A DNA stretch of 64,000 nucleotides from Paraspadella gotoi. Its lineage: Eukaryota > Animalia > Chaetognatha. Positions 26,331 through 38,890 of the stretch are shown one piece after another (position 1 is the first letter of the stretch; each line of letters begins with the position of its first letter). The stretch lies in contig CM119264.1 in the NCBI GenBank assembly GCA_051294375.1, forward strand, positions 14,720,682 through 14,784,681, written 5' to 3'. A model generated the notes under the pieces. That model saw only the letters and a list, made by a program, of their open reading frames with translations. It was not told where the DNA came from and searched no databases. A program made the translations under genes and the position numbers.

Positions 26331-26394
26331 AATTTAGGAGTCGCGATTAGTAATCGATAATTAGTAATCGATTAGTAATCGCGACTCCTAAATT
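26331..26394. repeat. Perfect hairpin with internal tandem units
   Basis: AATTTAGGAGTCGCGATTA ... TAATCGCGACTCCTAAATT (19-bp arms) enclosing repeats of TAGTAATCG. Confidence 0.85.
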
Positions 26395-26576
26395 TACGTC
26401 GATTACTTTAGCGGCGCAAACAGACGTAAACAAATGAAAACAGCAACACAAAGTTCGAAGGAGCTTCTGAGCTTACGTAAGTTAGGAGCTCCCGATCTTT
26501 TTTTTACGTGGAATCATATACACTTTATACACTTTATACACTTTACTTTTTTACGTGGAATCATATACACTTTATA

Positions 26577-26830
26577 CAGGGGTGGGACCATCTATCGAGT
26601 CAAAATTTTAAAAATCATGACTCTAAAACCCTTAATGATTTTTAAAATATGAATAAATATTTGTATAATACGCTCTCTCCGCTTTTAGACGAAATTCTTT
26701 AATATAATGCTTTTTTTGATGCAGAAAAATGTTGTTTAGTCTCATTCTAAGATACATGAAATTGGTACAACCAATATAACAGTTAAAAATATTTTTGGAA
26801 GTACTTATTTATGGTATAATAATTTTTCTG
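26577..26830. mobile_element. MITE family B, second copy, right TIR lost
   Basis: TACAGGGGTGGGACC start and colinear similarity to 6943-7207 (e.g. AAAATATTTTTGGAAGTACTTATTT). Confidence 0.75.
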
Positions 26831-27297
26831 GAAAGGTGTACTTTAAATTTTATTTAATCATAATTTAAGTTGTAATTCACAAGAAAGGCAATGACAACAA
26901 CGACAACAAGGGGAGTTACTGAAGAGACTCTCCGTTCGTCGCGAGGGAAAACCGGAAAACGTGAGCGAATCCCACGAGGAAAGAAATGCATTATCTAAAA
27001 AAGATGACAACAATAACAAAATATCATTGGACGCTTTGAAGACAACAATGCCTTCGAGGTGCGAGAAAAGAGCAGAGAAGAATGAAACAAAACATCTATG
27101 TTACAATGCGATATCTCAAGTTTTGTTTAATATTTTAATGAACTAACAATGCAACTTCTATGCTGTGTTGCTTTGTGTATCTTTGATGGATTTAAAAACA
27201 ATTACTGAGATTTAAGAGTATTCTACCAGCGGAGTGTTTTTATTATATGTAAAAGGAAAAAAGTGGACAGAAAAAAAGGAAGACAGAAAGATGAAAT

Positions 27298-27389
<92 letters not shown>

Positions 27390-27711
27390 AAAAAATGAAA
27401 AAAGAAAAAAAGAAAAAAAGAAAGAAAAGAAAATGAAGGAAAAAAAAGAAAAGAACCATGAAAGGAAATGAATAAGCGGGAAAGCAAACGAAGGCGAATA
27501 GGGAAAGGGAGACAAGAGAGACAAGAGAGAAAGGCAAATAGAAAAGTAGCAATTTCCTGCACTCGGACAATCTCTTGTGACAAAAACAAATCACGGCTTG
27601 TGGGTGTGGCCTCGAGGAGGAGCCCGGCTGTTGCCCGCCCAACCGTCGCTCCCGATTAATCCAAGAAAACACCCTCCTTCAACGGGGAAGGGACCTTTTG
27701 GTTAAATCACT

Positions 27712-27752
<41 letters not shown>

Positions 27753-28380
27753 TCGTTTATTGATTTCGGTATTTTTTTTCTCTCTTAGCGCAAACTCGAG
27801 ACTTTCAATCGTTGTCGCCGGTCGTGGATCCCGATGCCAAACGCAAACCGATTCGGGTCTCGAACTCGCGACTTCTGCCTCCACTCTCCTCGGCTACGCC
27901 CCGTCGCCCCGGGACCTTTCCGTTTCCGCCATCTTCTTTCCTTCCTCTTCTTCCCACTTTTTTTCTCTCTTGTTTATGAACAAAAGGATCTCGACGTCTG
28001 AGAATTTATCTGGGATTTGTTTTTGGCGCGTGCGTTCCAGAAGAGGCGCCACGAGCGCGTCGATCACGCGGGCCGGCGCAACGCCGACGCGCCCGTTAGC
28101 GGCGCTGGTGTCGTGGGGGACGGAATGGAACGCTCGTTTGTTTCGAAACAAAAACAGTTGCTTTGTGAAAAAAAAAGGAAACAGAAACGGAAACAAGTCT
28201 TGAAATGATTGGTTTGTGAGTTGCGTTTCTCTTCCCGCTCCTGGAAAAGCGTTACCGCCATTTCGGGAACAACAACAACGACAACGGCTCAGTCGTTCCG
28301 ACGCCTTGGTGACGACGACGACGACGACAACAACAAAGATAACCTCGTGAATAATTATATAAAGAGAAATATCAATGAGG

Positions 28381-28469
<89 letters not shown>

Positions 28470-29099
28470 GAGGGTTAATCTGTCATTCTCTCTCGCTCCA
28501 AATAGATTGAGAAAAAACTTGATAACAATGAGAGAAATTTCATCTCTCATATTCTGAGCTTCATCTTCCTCCTCATCCTCGTCCTCATCCTCATCTTCAT
28601 CCTCATCTTCATCTTCATCCTCATTCTCATCCTCCGCCCCTTGGGACGAGAATCCAAATGTTAATCCGGCATCAGTGTGGATCGAGGCGACCTCTCTCGG
28701 GAGGCGTTGATAGGAAATAACATGAAATGGGAAAGAATGGAAGGAAAAACCCATGACGGTCGAGGCAGAGGCGAATGAAGGGAGAGGAAGGTATAAAGAT
28801 AATCTGGGCGATGATAGCAAGTATAAGTATAAAAGGCTAAAATGAACTTCTACTAACAAAGATATTTAGCGATTTTATGCGCAAAACATCTTTTCAATAA
28901 GAACGGTAATTCGAATCCTGAGTTGCGCGGCGTTCGATACGGACAACAACGGAATTCCTTATTTATTTTGTAATTTTTACGATTTTCGTAAAAACAAAAG
29001 TTAGCGAAAATAACAAAATAGCAACCAAATTTAAGCCGTATCAAATTTGGCGTCATGTGATCGCTTTTAGGGTGATCACGTGACTTCACAAATATTATA

Positions 29100-29275
29100 T
29101 ATATGCATGTTTAAGGTCTTATGTTATCTTACTTTCGTACCAAATATGAACTAAATTGATGAAGCATTATCAGAGTTATGAACATTTTTAACATATGTGA
29201 AACAGACCGACCGACCGAGAGACCGACCAACCGAAAAAAACTAAAACTGATACTAGAAATTTGTATTAGTCATTT
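29100..29275 (+). mobile_element. HINE/DINE-like repeat with (GACC)n tract
   Basis: TTTTAACATA followed by a (CCGA/CAGA)n tract; related copies at ~47720-47845 and ~55585-55685. Confidence 0.5.
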
Positions 29276-30065
29276 TAAGATACAGGGGGTGCTTTTTATT
29301 TTCATAAACTTACCCACCCATTTAATACAACCTATTCTAATACATTCCTTGATCGATATTCTATAATGTATATATTACTCTGTAACGGTTTGTCCCCTTC
29401 AGCCCTAACCCAACTTCATGTATCGTTCGTCGTCGATTGATTGAATTCAAAATAGGCGATAAACGAGCGAATTCGTCATTTTAAAACTGGCGAAAGCGAC
29501 GGCCAATATGAATTGGAACTAATTGAAAAGAAATAAAATCAAATATACGATAAAAATACGTGGCAAAAGTTCGACAAAAGCGAAGCGAAAAGTAAGTGAA
29601 AGGTTAGAGAAAGGAGCGTCAAAAGCGCGTAGAAAGGCGCGGAGAAGGGCGCGGGGAAAGGCGCTTGAAAACCAATTGGACTACGACGTGCGGAAAAAAA
29701 GGTATTTCACTCGGAGTCTCGCTTCGCTCATGGAAAGTAATACAAGTGGAAACAAAGTCAGACGAGAATGGCGCCAAGGAAGGTCTTTTTTTCGTCTGGC
29801 GCAGGGGAAGCTTTGTATCGTGGGCCAAAAACGGAAGGATGCTCAATTGCTCATTCAAGAGACAAAAGCTTTGGTAACAGTTTAAAAAATATTAAAATTG
29901 CAAAACCTTATCTCTGATTTTTGCAAGTTTGCAATTTTTTTGACAGTTCGTCGCGATTAACAATAGACCCGTTGTGAACTTGTGATCGAAGGGAGCAGAT
30001 GTTTAGTTCACAAATGTTAGGACAAAAAAATTTGTAAACTAAAAACTGGGACAACAATCGGCAAG

Positions 30066-33000
30066 ATGAAGATGAAAATTCCAGTCTTGATCGTCATTGC
30101 GGTGCTGTTTAACGAGTCGGTAAGTGCTTTTCAGATAGCTTTGCGTCAATTACAACATTTACGTTCTCAAATTATATTAAACGAATGTGTCTAATTCGCA
30201 TTTTTATTTAGAATTCTTGTTATTTTTCTTGACTGCTGATGGTTTTAAAACCTTGCATTAAGACCTCAAATAAAATTACTAGAAATTTTGTGTAATACTT
30301 CCTCATTATTTAACCAATAAATTTCAATAACTACTACTTTGTCTTTGCTTTGGACTTCATATTTTCATTCGTTGCCTTTTCATAAGATTTTCCAAATTTG
30401 AAAAAAATAATGGGTTCATGACCTGGCATATTCCTGCTATGTCTATCTATTAGCATATATATAATTCATTAACTTTAACTTCCTTTCAGTTGGCGCAAAG
30501 CCGAGAGATTTTCGGCGCAGACGGCCCAAACTTGATTGGACCGTCGGCAGCAGAGATTCTCGCTTCTGATTGGTCGAACCAAAATGACGACATCGATGAC
30601 GGTTTAACCATGGACGAGAGCGTCGGCGCGCGGGTACAAGCAGGTTAAGACTGGTTTAGTGGATGAATCCCGACAACTTGATAGACTTGAAACGCCTTCA
30701 TCAAATTCATTAAAAAATAACTCATTATCCGATTTAATTGGCAACGGCGGGCGATTTAAGCTAGGAATAAAAAAAAATTTTCACCCATAAAAGCTGGAGC
30801 CGATTTTCCCGTAACGACGTGAAATGCGTATTTCCCCGCTGGCGAAAGAAAATTCCACGGTCGACCGATGGCGCTGCTCATCCCTTTTCATCGGAATCGA
30901 GCGCTCAATAAATGGCCTTCCAATTACGGAATAAACGTTTTCCCCCGGGGAGATGAAAATAATTCATCGAACGTCTAACGATCCTTGGTATTCCTCTCCG
31001 TCGGGGGGGAGAATCTCCGCTTTTAGTTCTTAATGTTGTGACACCAAGGATTTTTTACTGCATTTCGCTGAGGGAATACTATTTTTTGTTAGATAGGAGC
31101 ATGGCGTTCTCTGGAAGTTGTTTTACTTCAAGCTGGATATCTTTGAGAAGAGTGCTAACAAGGGTTAAAGAAAGTCCAATAGTGTCTAAAAGCCTTTTAA
31201 TATCTTGGTCAAACTAACAATATTCGCATCTTCTTTGTCCGTCGTTTTCCTTTTTATTTTGGCCGCAAGAGTGCTCCCTCTCTCTCTCTAAGAGTCACTT
31301 TGATGTTTTAGATCAGTTTTCCCACTTTGCGGCTTGGGTGTGCTCCAACTGCTCCATCCCAAAAGGGTCACTTCGCCTCTGAAAGGAGTTTTTAAACTAG
31401 ACACTTCGTGGGCGCCCCTATGTCCCTTCCCTCGGAAAATTCTTCACGTCTTAAACCGAGTCGACCCAGAGGCCCGATGGGTAATGGAGAGAGAAAGTCG
31501 TAACGACGACGACGACAAGTTTAACTTCTCTCGATATTTTCGCTCGTTTTCGACGGAGGAGAAATAACTGGGACATTTTTTCTAGAAGAGTCATGTCGTA
31601 AAAAGATCTTCGTACTGAAGGATGAATGACAGGAGAAAACGATGACGACGTTAGATTGCAAATCGACTTTTGAAAAAAAACAAAAAAACCCCGAGTTCAT
31701 AAAACCGAACTCAACGAGTTTCTCACCTCACCTCAGTCCCAGACTTACTTGCCAGTTTTTTTTATTATCGCTATAAACTCCTTACTTTTCCCATTATTTT
31801 CTTATCTTTTTCGTTTTTTCTTCTCTTTCTTCCTTCGGCTTCTCTCTTTCCTTTTTCTTCTCTCCGCCATTCCCATAATTTAGCTTTATTTTTTTTCCTT
31901 TTTACCTCTTTCTCCTTTCCCATCCTCCACCAGCGGTGAGCTTTTAGAAATCGCGGATTGCCCACTAAAACCTTTGATCCTCTTTCTATCTCAGAAGCGG
32001 CTCTGACCGAGGACGGCCAAATTCTCCTCCAAGGGGACATGAAGTTGGACCCAACGCAACTGCGACGGTTTTACGAGAGAAACGCGGGACTTTCCGGGGC
32101 GGCTGTGAACGAGGATGAGAGGTGAAGATTGATGGTGGATAAAAGTGGCGTCCACAAATCACACTGTGAAGGGTGTTATGGTGTTAAGTCTTCCTAACAT
32201 CGACAAGTTTTGTTTTTTCAAATAAAAAAAATCGGCTTTAATTTAAAATTTAGGATTAACAATTTTAATTTTTAATTTAATCGTTTAGTATTCCAAAGAT
32301 CCTTATCTGTCACAAATACTTCCAGGTGGCCACATGGCGTTATCCCCTATTCCATCGACCCCGCGTTGGACGGTGAACCGGCGCGCGTTGTTCTCGGCGC
32401 CATGAGAGAGTGGATGGAACGCACGTGCGTCCGGTTCGAGCCCGTCGGAGGCGCGGGCGCGCGCGGGGCCGGACACGATAACTCTATTCAAATAGTGGAC
32501 GGAGGTGCCCGCGTAGGGTGGTGTGGGTTATGGGGAAATGCTTGAAAGAAAAGGTCTGCGTAGGCGTAAAAGAGATAAAAGCATAAAGGAAACGAAAGGA
32601 TAATGAGAGCCGATGTTCATCTTTGTGTGTGTTCGAATCGCGATAAAACCTCGAGTTTTTGACAAAAGGTTTTTGTTATAAAAAGCAGGTTCGTGGATTA
32701 TCTAATACGCGTTATCTTATTAAATTTGCGAAAACGCAAACAATATTAGCGAGAAAATTTTAATTTTTTTTTTGAATTTCATAAATGTTTTTTTTTGGTG
32801 GAAATTACGAATATCGTTTTGAATAAAATCGGATTTTAAATTCATTAATTTTTTCGAACGAATATTTTTAAAAACCTTTTAAATAGGCTTGAAAACTTGG
32901 GAATCTATTGGGCAAAATTTCAATCATTTCACTGTATTGGTTATGTTTGTTGCTTTGTTAATTCACTTTTTAATCGTCAATATTTACTTTTTTTGTCCCT

Positions 33001-33930
33001 TTTCCGCCTTCTGTTCGTTTCACCTCACCCCACCCAAAAGCGGGATGTCGTTCTGGCATCGGCTACCGCGGAAAAAGTTACACAGTCTCGCTATCGAAGA
33101 AGAGTTGCACTCGACATAAAAGTCACCTTCACGAACTGGGTCACGCCATCGGTCTACACCATGAACAATGTCGCCCGGAGCGTGACCGGTAATTCGCTCG
33201 ATGAATTAATTGGCGATTCACCAGCTCATTGTAATATCGTTGTTCAAGTGCCATCCAGATCGTCTGGGACAACATCAGCATGATGGGCTCACTGCAGTAT
33301 GTCAAAGAGGAGGCCACGGCCAACTTCTCCATCCCGTACGACTTCTGCTCCATCATGCACTACGGACCCAAATACTTCTCCAGCAACAGGTGAGCAACAG
33401 CGTTCTATGTCGGTAATCGCGCGACGTTCTTTTGTTTTGCAGTTGATCTGTCAGTTGTGGATATTAGAGTGAAATGAATTGGAGCAAAATGATGTGAGTC
33501 GTAGAAAAAAAGTGGCGTCGTTTCTCTCAAGGTGACAGATTTTATAAAAATATGTCCGTTCGCTATTTTGTTTTGTTTTTTTGGGTCGGTCAATGGCCGC
33601 CGCAGTACTTTACCATTGGCGATGCCATTTAAAGGCCATTGGCGAGAGAAAGAGAGAGAAAGAGGAGAGAGAATGAGAATAAAAGAAAGAGAGAGAGAGA
33701 AAGGATAGAAAAGGACGGTGAAGGGCAAAAAAGGGGAAAAAAAATCGGATAGAAGGAGAGATATAGAGGCCGTTGGTTAAAGGGACGAATTAAATTTGCT
33801 CCGAGAATTTATGTCTTCCGCCATAAAAAGAATCGGATGAAAGGTGGTCGCCATCGTTCAACGACGTCTTGTTTATTTGTTATTTTACGAGAGGCAATTA
33901 ATTTTGGTTTATAGTCCGGGAGTGGGTGGA

Positions 33931-34021
<91 letters not shown>

Positions 34022-34893
34022 AATTATGACGAATCGGTTTCACTCCAGGAAATTCACAATGCTCGCCGCCGACCAATCCTACCAGTGGACGATGGGTTCG
34101 GCGCAGCATTCTTTCCTTCAACGAGCGAAGATTGTTAATCTGATGTACGAATGCAACAAAAGTTGCGGAAAAAGCGATAAGTAAGTACTTCATTTAACAA
34201 TAATAATAAATACTTAACAATAGTAACCTGTAGAAAAGTAAATGTTCCTCACTNNNNNNNNNNNNNNNNNNNNNNNNNTATGAAAAGGGAAAAAAAACCT
34301 TCTAACTCCCCAAAACGAGGGATATCTGATAAAACGTCCTTTGCCTCTTGTTGCCAATTATTTTACTTGAAAATGGATTATTTCTGTTACGCAAGTTATT
34401 ATCTTTTCCGTTGCTCGCTGCTTGCTGTAACCTACATTTTTTTTTTCATCAAAGCTTTGAAGAAAAATTTCTATCCAATGCGCTAAAACTCGTGCCTGTC
34501 ACCTTCGTCAGGCGTTTTATCTGTTGTTTTACCCATATTTATTTCAAGTTCGCAGCGATGGGACGGAAGAAGGAAAGAAATTAATCAAATCCCGTTTGTT
34601 AGATCTGGCTTTACGCTCGCGCGACCGCTTTCAATTCTAAATGATAAAACCTAACGAGTTTTTTTTTTTTTTACTTTTTGAAAGAAAAAAAAATGTGACG
34701 AGGGAAGAAGGTTGACGCGTGACGGTCAGGGAGTTAACGGAGCGGACGATCTTGACGTCTCGCGGCGCATTACCACGGTGGTCCTTTTGGCTAACCGGAA
34801 GTGGTCGCCATCGTTCAACGACGTCTGTTTATTTGTTATTTACGAGACGGCAATTAATTTTGGTTTATACGTCCGGGAGTGGTGGATGGAGAG

Positions 34894-34989
<96 letters not shown>

Positions 34990-35996
34990 TAATTATGACG
35001 AATCGGTTTCACTCCAGGAAATTCACATGCTCGCCCGCGACCAATCCTACCAGTGGGACGATGGGTTCGGCGCAGGCATCTTTTCCTTCAACGACGCGAA
35101 GATTGTTAATCTGATGTACGAATGCACAAAAGTTGCGGAAAAAGCGATATAGTAAGTACTTCATTTAACAATAATAATAAACTTAACAATAGTAACCTGT
35201 AGAAAAGTAAATGTTCCTCACTGTTCGCTGTCCAGATCGTCGTGCAAGAGTCCCTGTTACGTCAACCACAAATGTCGTATGCGAATGCGACGAGAATCCA
35301 TGCGAAAAGATTCCTGCGAAAAAAAAGTAAATATTAACAAAAAAGATAATAAATAAATTATTTTTTAAAAATTAGTTAAATTTATTTCGACAACGATATT
35401 TTTATTTACAATAAAAGAACAGACAATTAAAATTTTAAAAAAAATTCCTTTCAGGAGTTCCAGACGAGATTGCGAGGAAGCCAAAAGAATTTTGAAATAC
35501 GGACGTTGAAAAAACTATATTTGCGGTGAACCTGCATGTATATATAAAAACTGGTACATAATATTTCAATTAATAAATGATTGAAATCGTTAAAGAAGAT
35601 TCCTACAAGATTAAAAACAATGATCTTTGGAGGCGATGACTCTTCCATAGTCCTAAGCCTGACACCCATGACCCTTCCTTCCTTCCTTCTTCCTTGACCC
35701 TTCCTTGACCCTTCCTTCTTCCCCCATCTCCCATGGCCCGCGGTCTCCCCTCCCACCGCCGTCCGCTATCTACGCGATTCTCATGCATTAATCGTACAAT
35801 CTGCGCAAAAATATTTCGCGTTGTTGTTTTATTTATATGCTTATTTATGAGGGCGTAGCGGTGGAACCAAAAAAGAGTTGCCAATCATTTATAACTGGAT
35901 AAGTTTGGAAAAAGGTCCGAAAATATATTAAAGAAAGAAAGAAAGAATAAAGAAAAAGAAAAAAAAAAGGAGGAGAACGAAGGAAGAAAGAAAGAA

Positions 35997-36044
<48 letters not shown>

Positions 36045-36808
36045 GAAAGAAAGAAAGAAAGAAAAGAAACAAAGAAGAAAGAAAAGAAAGAAAGAAACAA
36101 AGAAAGAAAGAAAGAAATAGAAGGATAGAAAAAGAAAAAAGATAGTAAAGAGAAAAAACAGGACATTCATAGTAACATTAAAGAAAAAGTTAGTTGAAAA
36201 AATAGAATATTTTTTAAGAATAAGTGAATAAAAGGTTTTTTTTTGTATTCCGTTTGCGATTTAGAATCACTTTTTTTTCCCTGCGTTTTCCCAACCACGA
36301 GTTTCATCCCGCATGGGCGAGTCAATTCATTCTGGCAGAAAACAACCTCTCTTTCCAGCCCCCGGGTCTTCCCCCCCCACCTTTCCAGAAAAAAAGTTCC
36401 TTGAAAAACTAATTTCCGAGGTGTCTCCAGAAAAACGCCCCCTATTTCGGATTCTCTTGGATTTTCTGACTCTTTCTTCTTTTTATCTCCTCTCTTTTTT
36501 TTGTTCGCTGTCCAGACTCGTCGTGCAAGAGTCCCTGTTACGTCAACCACAAATGTCGATGCGAATGCGACGAGAATCCATGCGAAAAGATTCCTTGCGA
36601 AAAAAAGTAAATATTAACAAAAAAGATAATAAATAAATTATATTAAAAAATTAGTTAAAATTTATTTCGACAATGATATTTTATTTACAATAAAAGAAAC
36701 AGACAATTAAAATTTAAAAAAAAATTCCTTTCAGGAGTTCCAGACGAGATTGCGAGGAAGCCAAAAGAATTTTGAAATACGGACGTTGAAAAAACGATAT
36801 TCTGCGGT
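30066..36808 (+). CDS. Astacin-family zinc metalloprotease (M12A) with Cys-rich C-terminal extension
   Basis: Exons 30066-30119 (signal), 30490-30643, 31995-32121 (LQGDM prodomain), 32326-32504 (WPHGVIPY..WMERTCVRF), 33041-33188 (HELGHAIGLHHEQCRPERD), 33249-33389 (YDFCSIMHY Met-turn), 34049-~34180 (LSFNDAKIVNLMYEC, with indels). Further Cys-rich exons at ~35236/36516 and ~35455/36735 are duplicated and indel-ridden. The 3' end is uncertain. Confidence 0.93.
33839..35222. repeat. Near-identical duplication across the N gap (likely assembly overlap)
   Basis: 33839-34253 is repeated at ~34797-35222, differing mostly by 1-bp indels; the gap is at 34254-34278. Confidence 0.85.
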
Positions 36809-37252
36809 GAAACTGCATGTATATAATAAAACTGGTACAATAATATTCAATTAATAAATGATTGAAATCGTTAAAGAAGATTCCTACAAGATTAAAACAA
36901 TGATCTTTGGAGCCGATGACTCTTCCATAGTCCTAAGCCTGACACCCATGACCCTTCCTTCCTTCCTTCCTTCCTTGACCCTTCCTTGACCCTTCCTTCC
37001 TTCCCCCATCTCCCATGGCCCCGCGGTCTCCCCTCCCACCGCCGTCCGCTACTACGCGATTCTCATGCATTAATCGTAAATCTGCGCAAAAATATTTCGC
37101 GTTTGTTGTTTTATTTATTGCTTATTTATGGGGCGTAGCGGTGGACCAAAAAAGAGTTGCCAATCATTTATACTGGATAAGTTTGGAAAAAAGGTCCGAA
37201 AAATATTAAAGAAAGAAAGAAAGAATGAAAGAAAAAAAGAGAGAACGAAGGA

Positions 37253-37284
<32 letters not shown>

Positions 37285-37357
37285 GAAGAAGAAAGAAAGA
37301 AAGGATAAGAAAGAAAGAAAGAAAGATAAGAAAAAGAAAGAAAAAGAAAGAAAAGCA

Positions 37358-37392
<35 letters not shown>

Positions 37393-37770
37393 GAAAGAAA
37401 TAGAAGCATAAAGAAAAGAGAATAAAAGATATAGTAAAGAGAAAAAACAGGACATTCATGTAACATTAAAGAAAAAGTTAGGTTGAAAAAATAGAATATT
37501 TTTAAGAATCAAGTGAATAAAAGGTTTTTTTTTTTATTCCGTTTGCGATTTTAGAATCACTTTTTTTTCCCTGCGTTTTCCCAACCGAGTTTCATCCCGC
37601 ATGGCCGATCAATTCATTCTGGCAGAAAACAACCTCTCTTTCCAGCCCCCCGGGTCTTCCCCCCCACCTTTCCAGAAAAAAAGTTCCTTGAAAACTAATT
37701 CCGAAGGTGTCTCCAGAAAAACGCCCCCTATTCGGATTCTCTTGGATTTTCTTACTCTTTTCTTCTTTTT
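35223..37770. repeat. ~1.28-kb tandem duplication (likely assembly artefact)
   Basis: 35223-~36500 is repeated at ~36503-37770, with mostly homopolymer and microsatellite indel differences. Confidence 0.85.
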
Positions 37771-38840
37771 CTCTTCATTAACTTTTTAATTCTCTCTTAA
37801 TACACACTCTTAACATTTTTCCTTCACTCAATCTCCATCTCCATTCTTTTCAAGTTTTTTCCTTTATAATTTTCTTTCTTCAGACTTTAAGCGAACACCC
37901 AAATTCCCTTCCTCCTTCTTCCTTCATTCATCCTTTGATTTTCTTTCTTTCTTCTCTCCATCCTCTTCAATTTAATCCGTTCTCACCCGAACCTCACTCT
38001 TTCTCACCCTTTTCGTTCAACCACCTCGATTCTACTCATCCCTTTATTTTTGTTTACTCTTCGTTCGCTCGCTGAATCGAGCGGTTGATTAACCTACGAA
38101 TTTCCAACTTTTTACAAACACCAACAAGGCGCACTTTGTGCCTGGCATTTAAAACTATTTAAAAAGATAAAACTCTATTTTCATGCATATATTTAATCTC
38201 TCCTCATAACTTTTTTTTTCTTAAAACTTTTTTTAAGTTCCTTCCGTGACTTTTCCCCTCGCTTTCTTCTGGTTTCTTTCGGCTCAATGCTTACATCTAA
38301 TCCCTTTCCATTTTTCGCCATTTTGTCCTAAAACCGGCAAATTCGTCTTCTCGACATTCCTTTCTGTTTTCTCCTCCAATTTCATCCCAGATCCTGGCTT
38401 TTTCCTCTGCGTTTTAACAACCCTCTCATGTTTCTCCTCGACCCTCCCTCCCTCTTCGTTCTCTTCCCCTTCTCTTCCTCCTTTTCCTCATTCTCCTCTT
38501 TCCTCCCCTTCCGCCTCTTCCTCCAGTAATTTCCGGTCCCGCCCATCTCACGTCTCCAGAGTGGAACAGGCGGACTTACGCCTTAAATCCATTTGTAAAT
38601 GATAATTTATTGTCGGCGCGCGGCCGATCGGAAAAATAGTGCGAGACTTGGGTGGCGCCAGAGAGGAGAAGCGAAAGAGGTGGTTGTCCAAATTCCCGGC
38701 GAAGGCGAAGCCGTTTTACCTGCTAAAGAATCATCCAGGAGTTGCATGCGAAATGATTAGTACTTCCGAAAAGATTAGTTCTGAAAACAATTAATTAATT
38801 AATTAATTTAATTAATTAATTAAATTTAGAGAGAGAAGAG

Positions 38841-38890
<50 letters not shown>

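Noticed and set aside
26919-26960. CTGAAGA...GAAA hammerhead-like string
   Set aside because: No proper stem II closing pair and no stem III or cleavage triplet.
27894-28859. 321-aa minus-strand ORF
   Set aside because: It is held open by (GA)n, (GAC)n and acidic trinucleotide repeats, and has no recognisable domain or splice structure.
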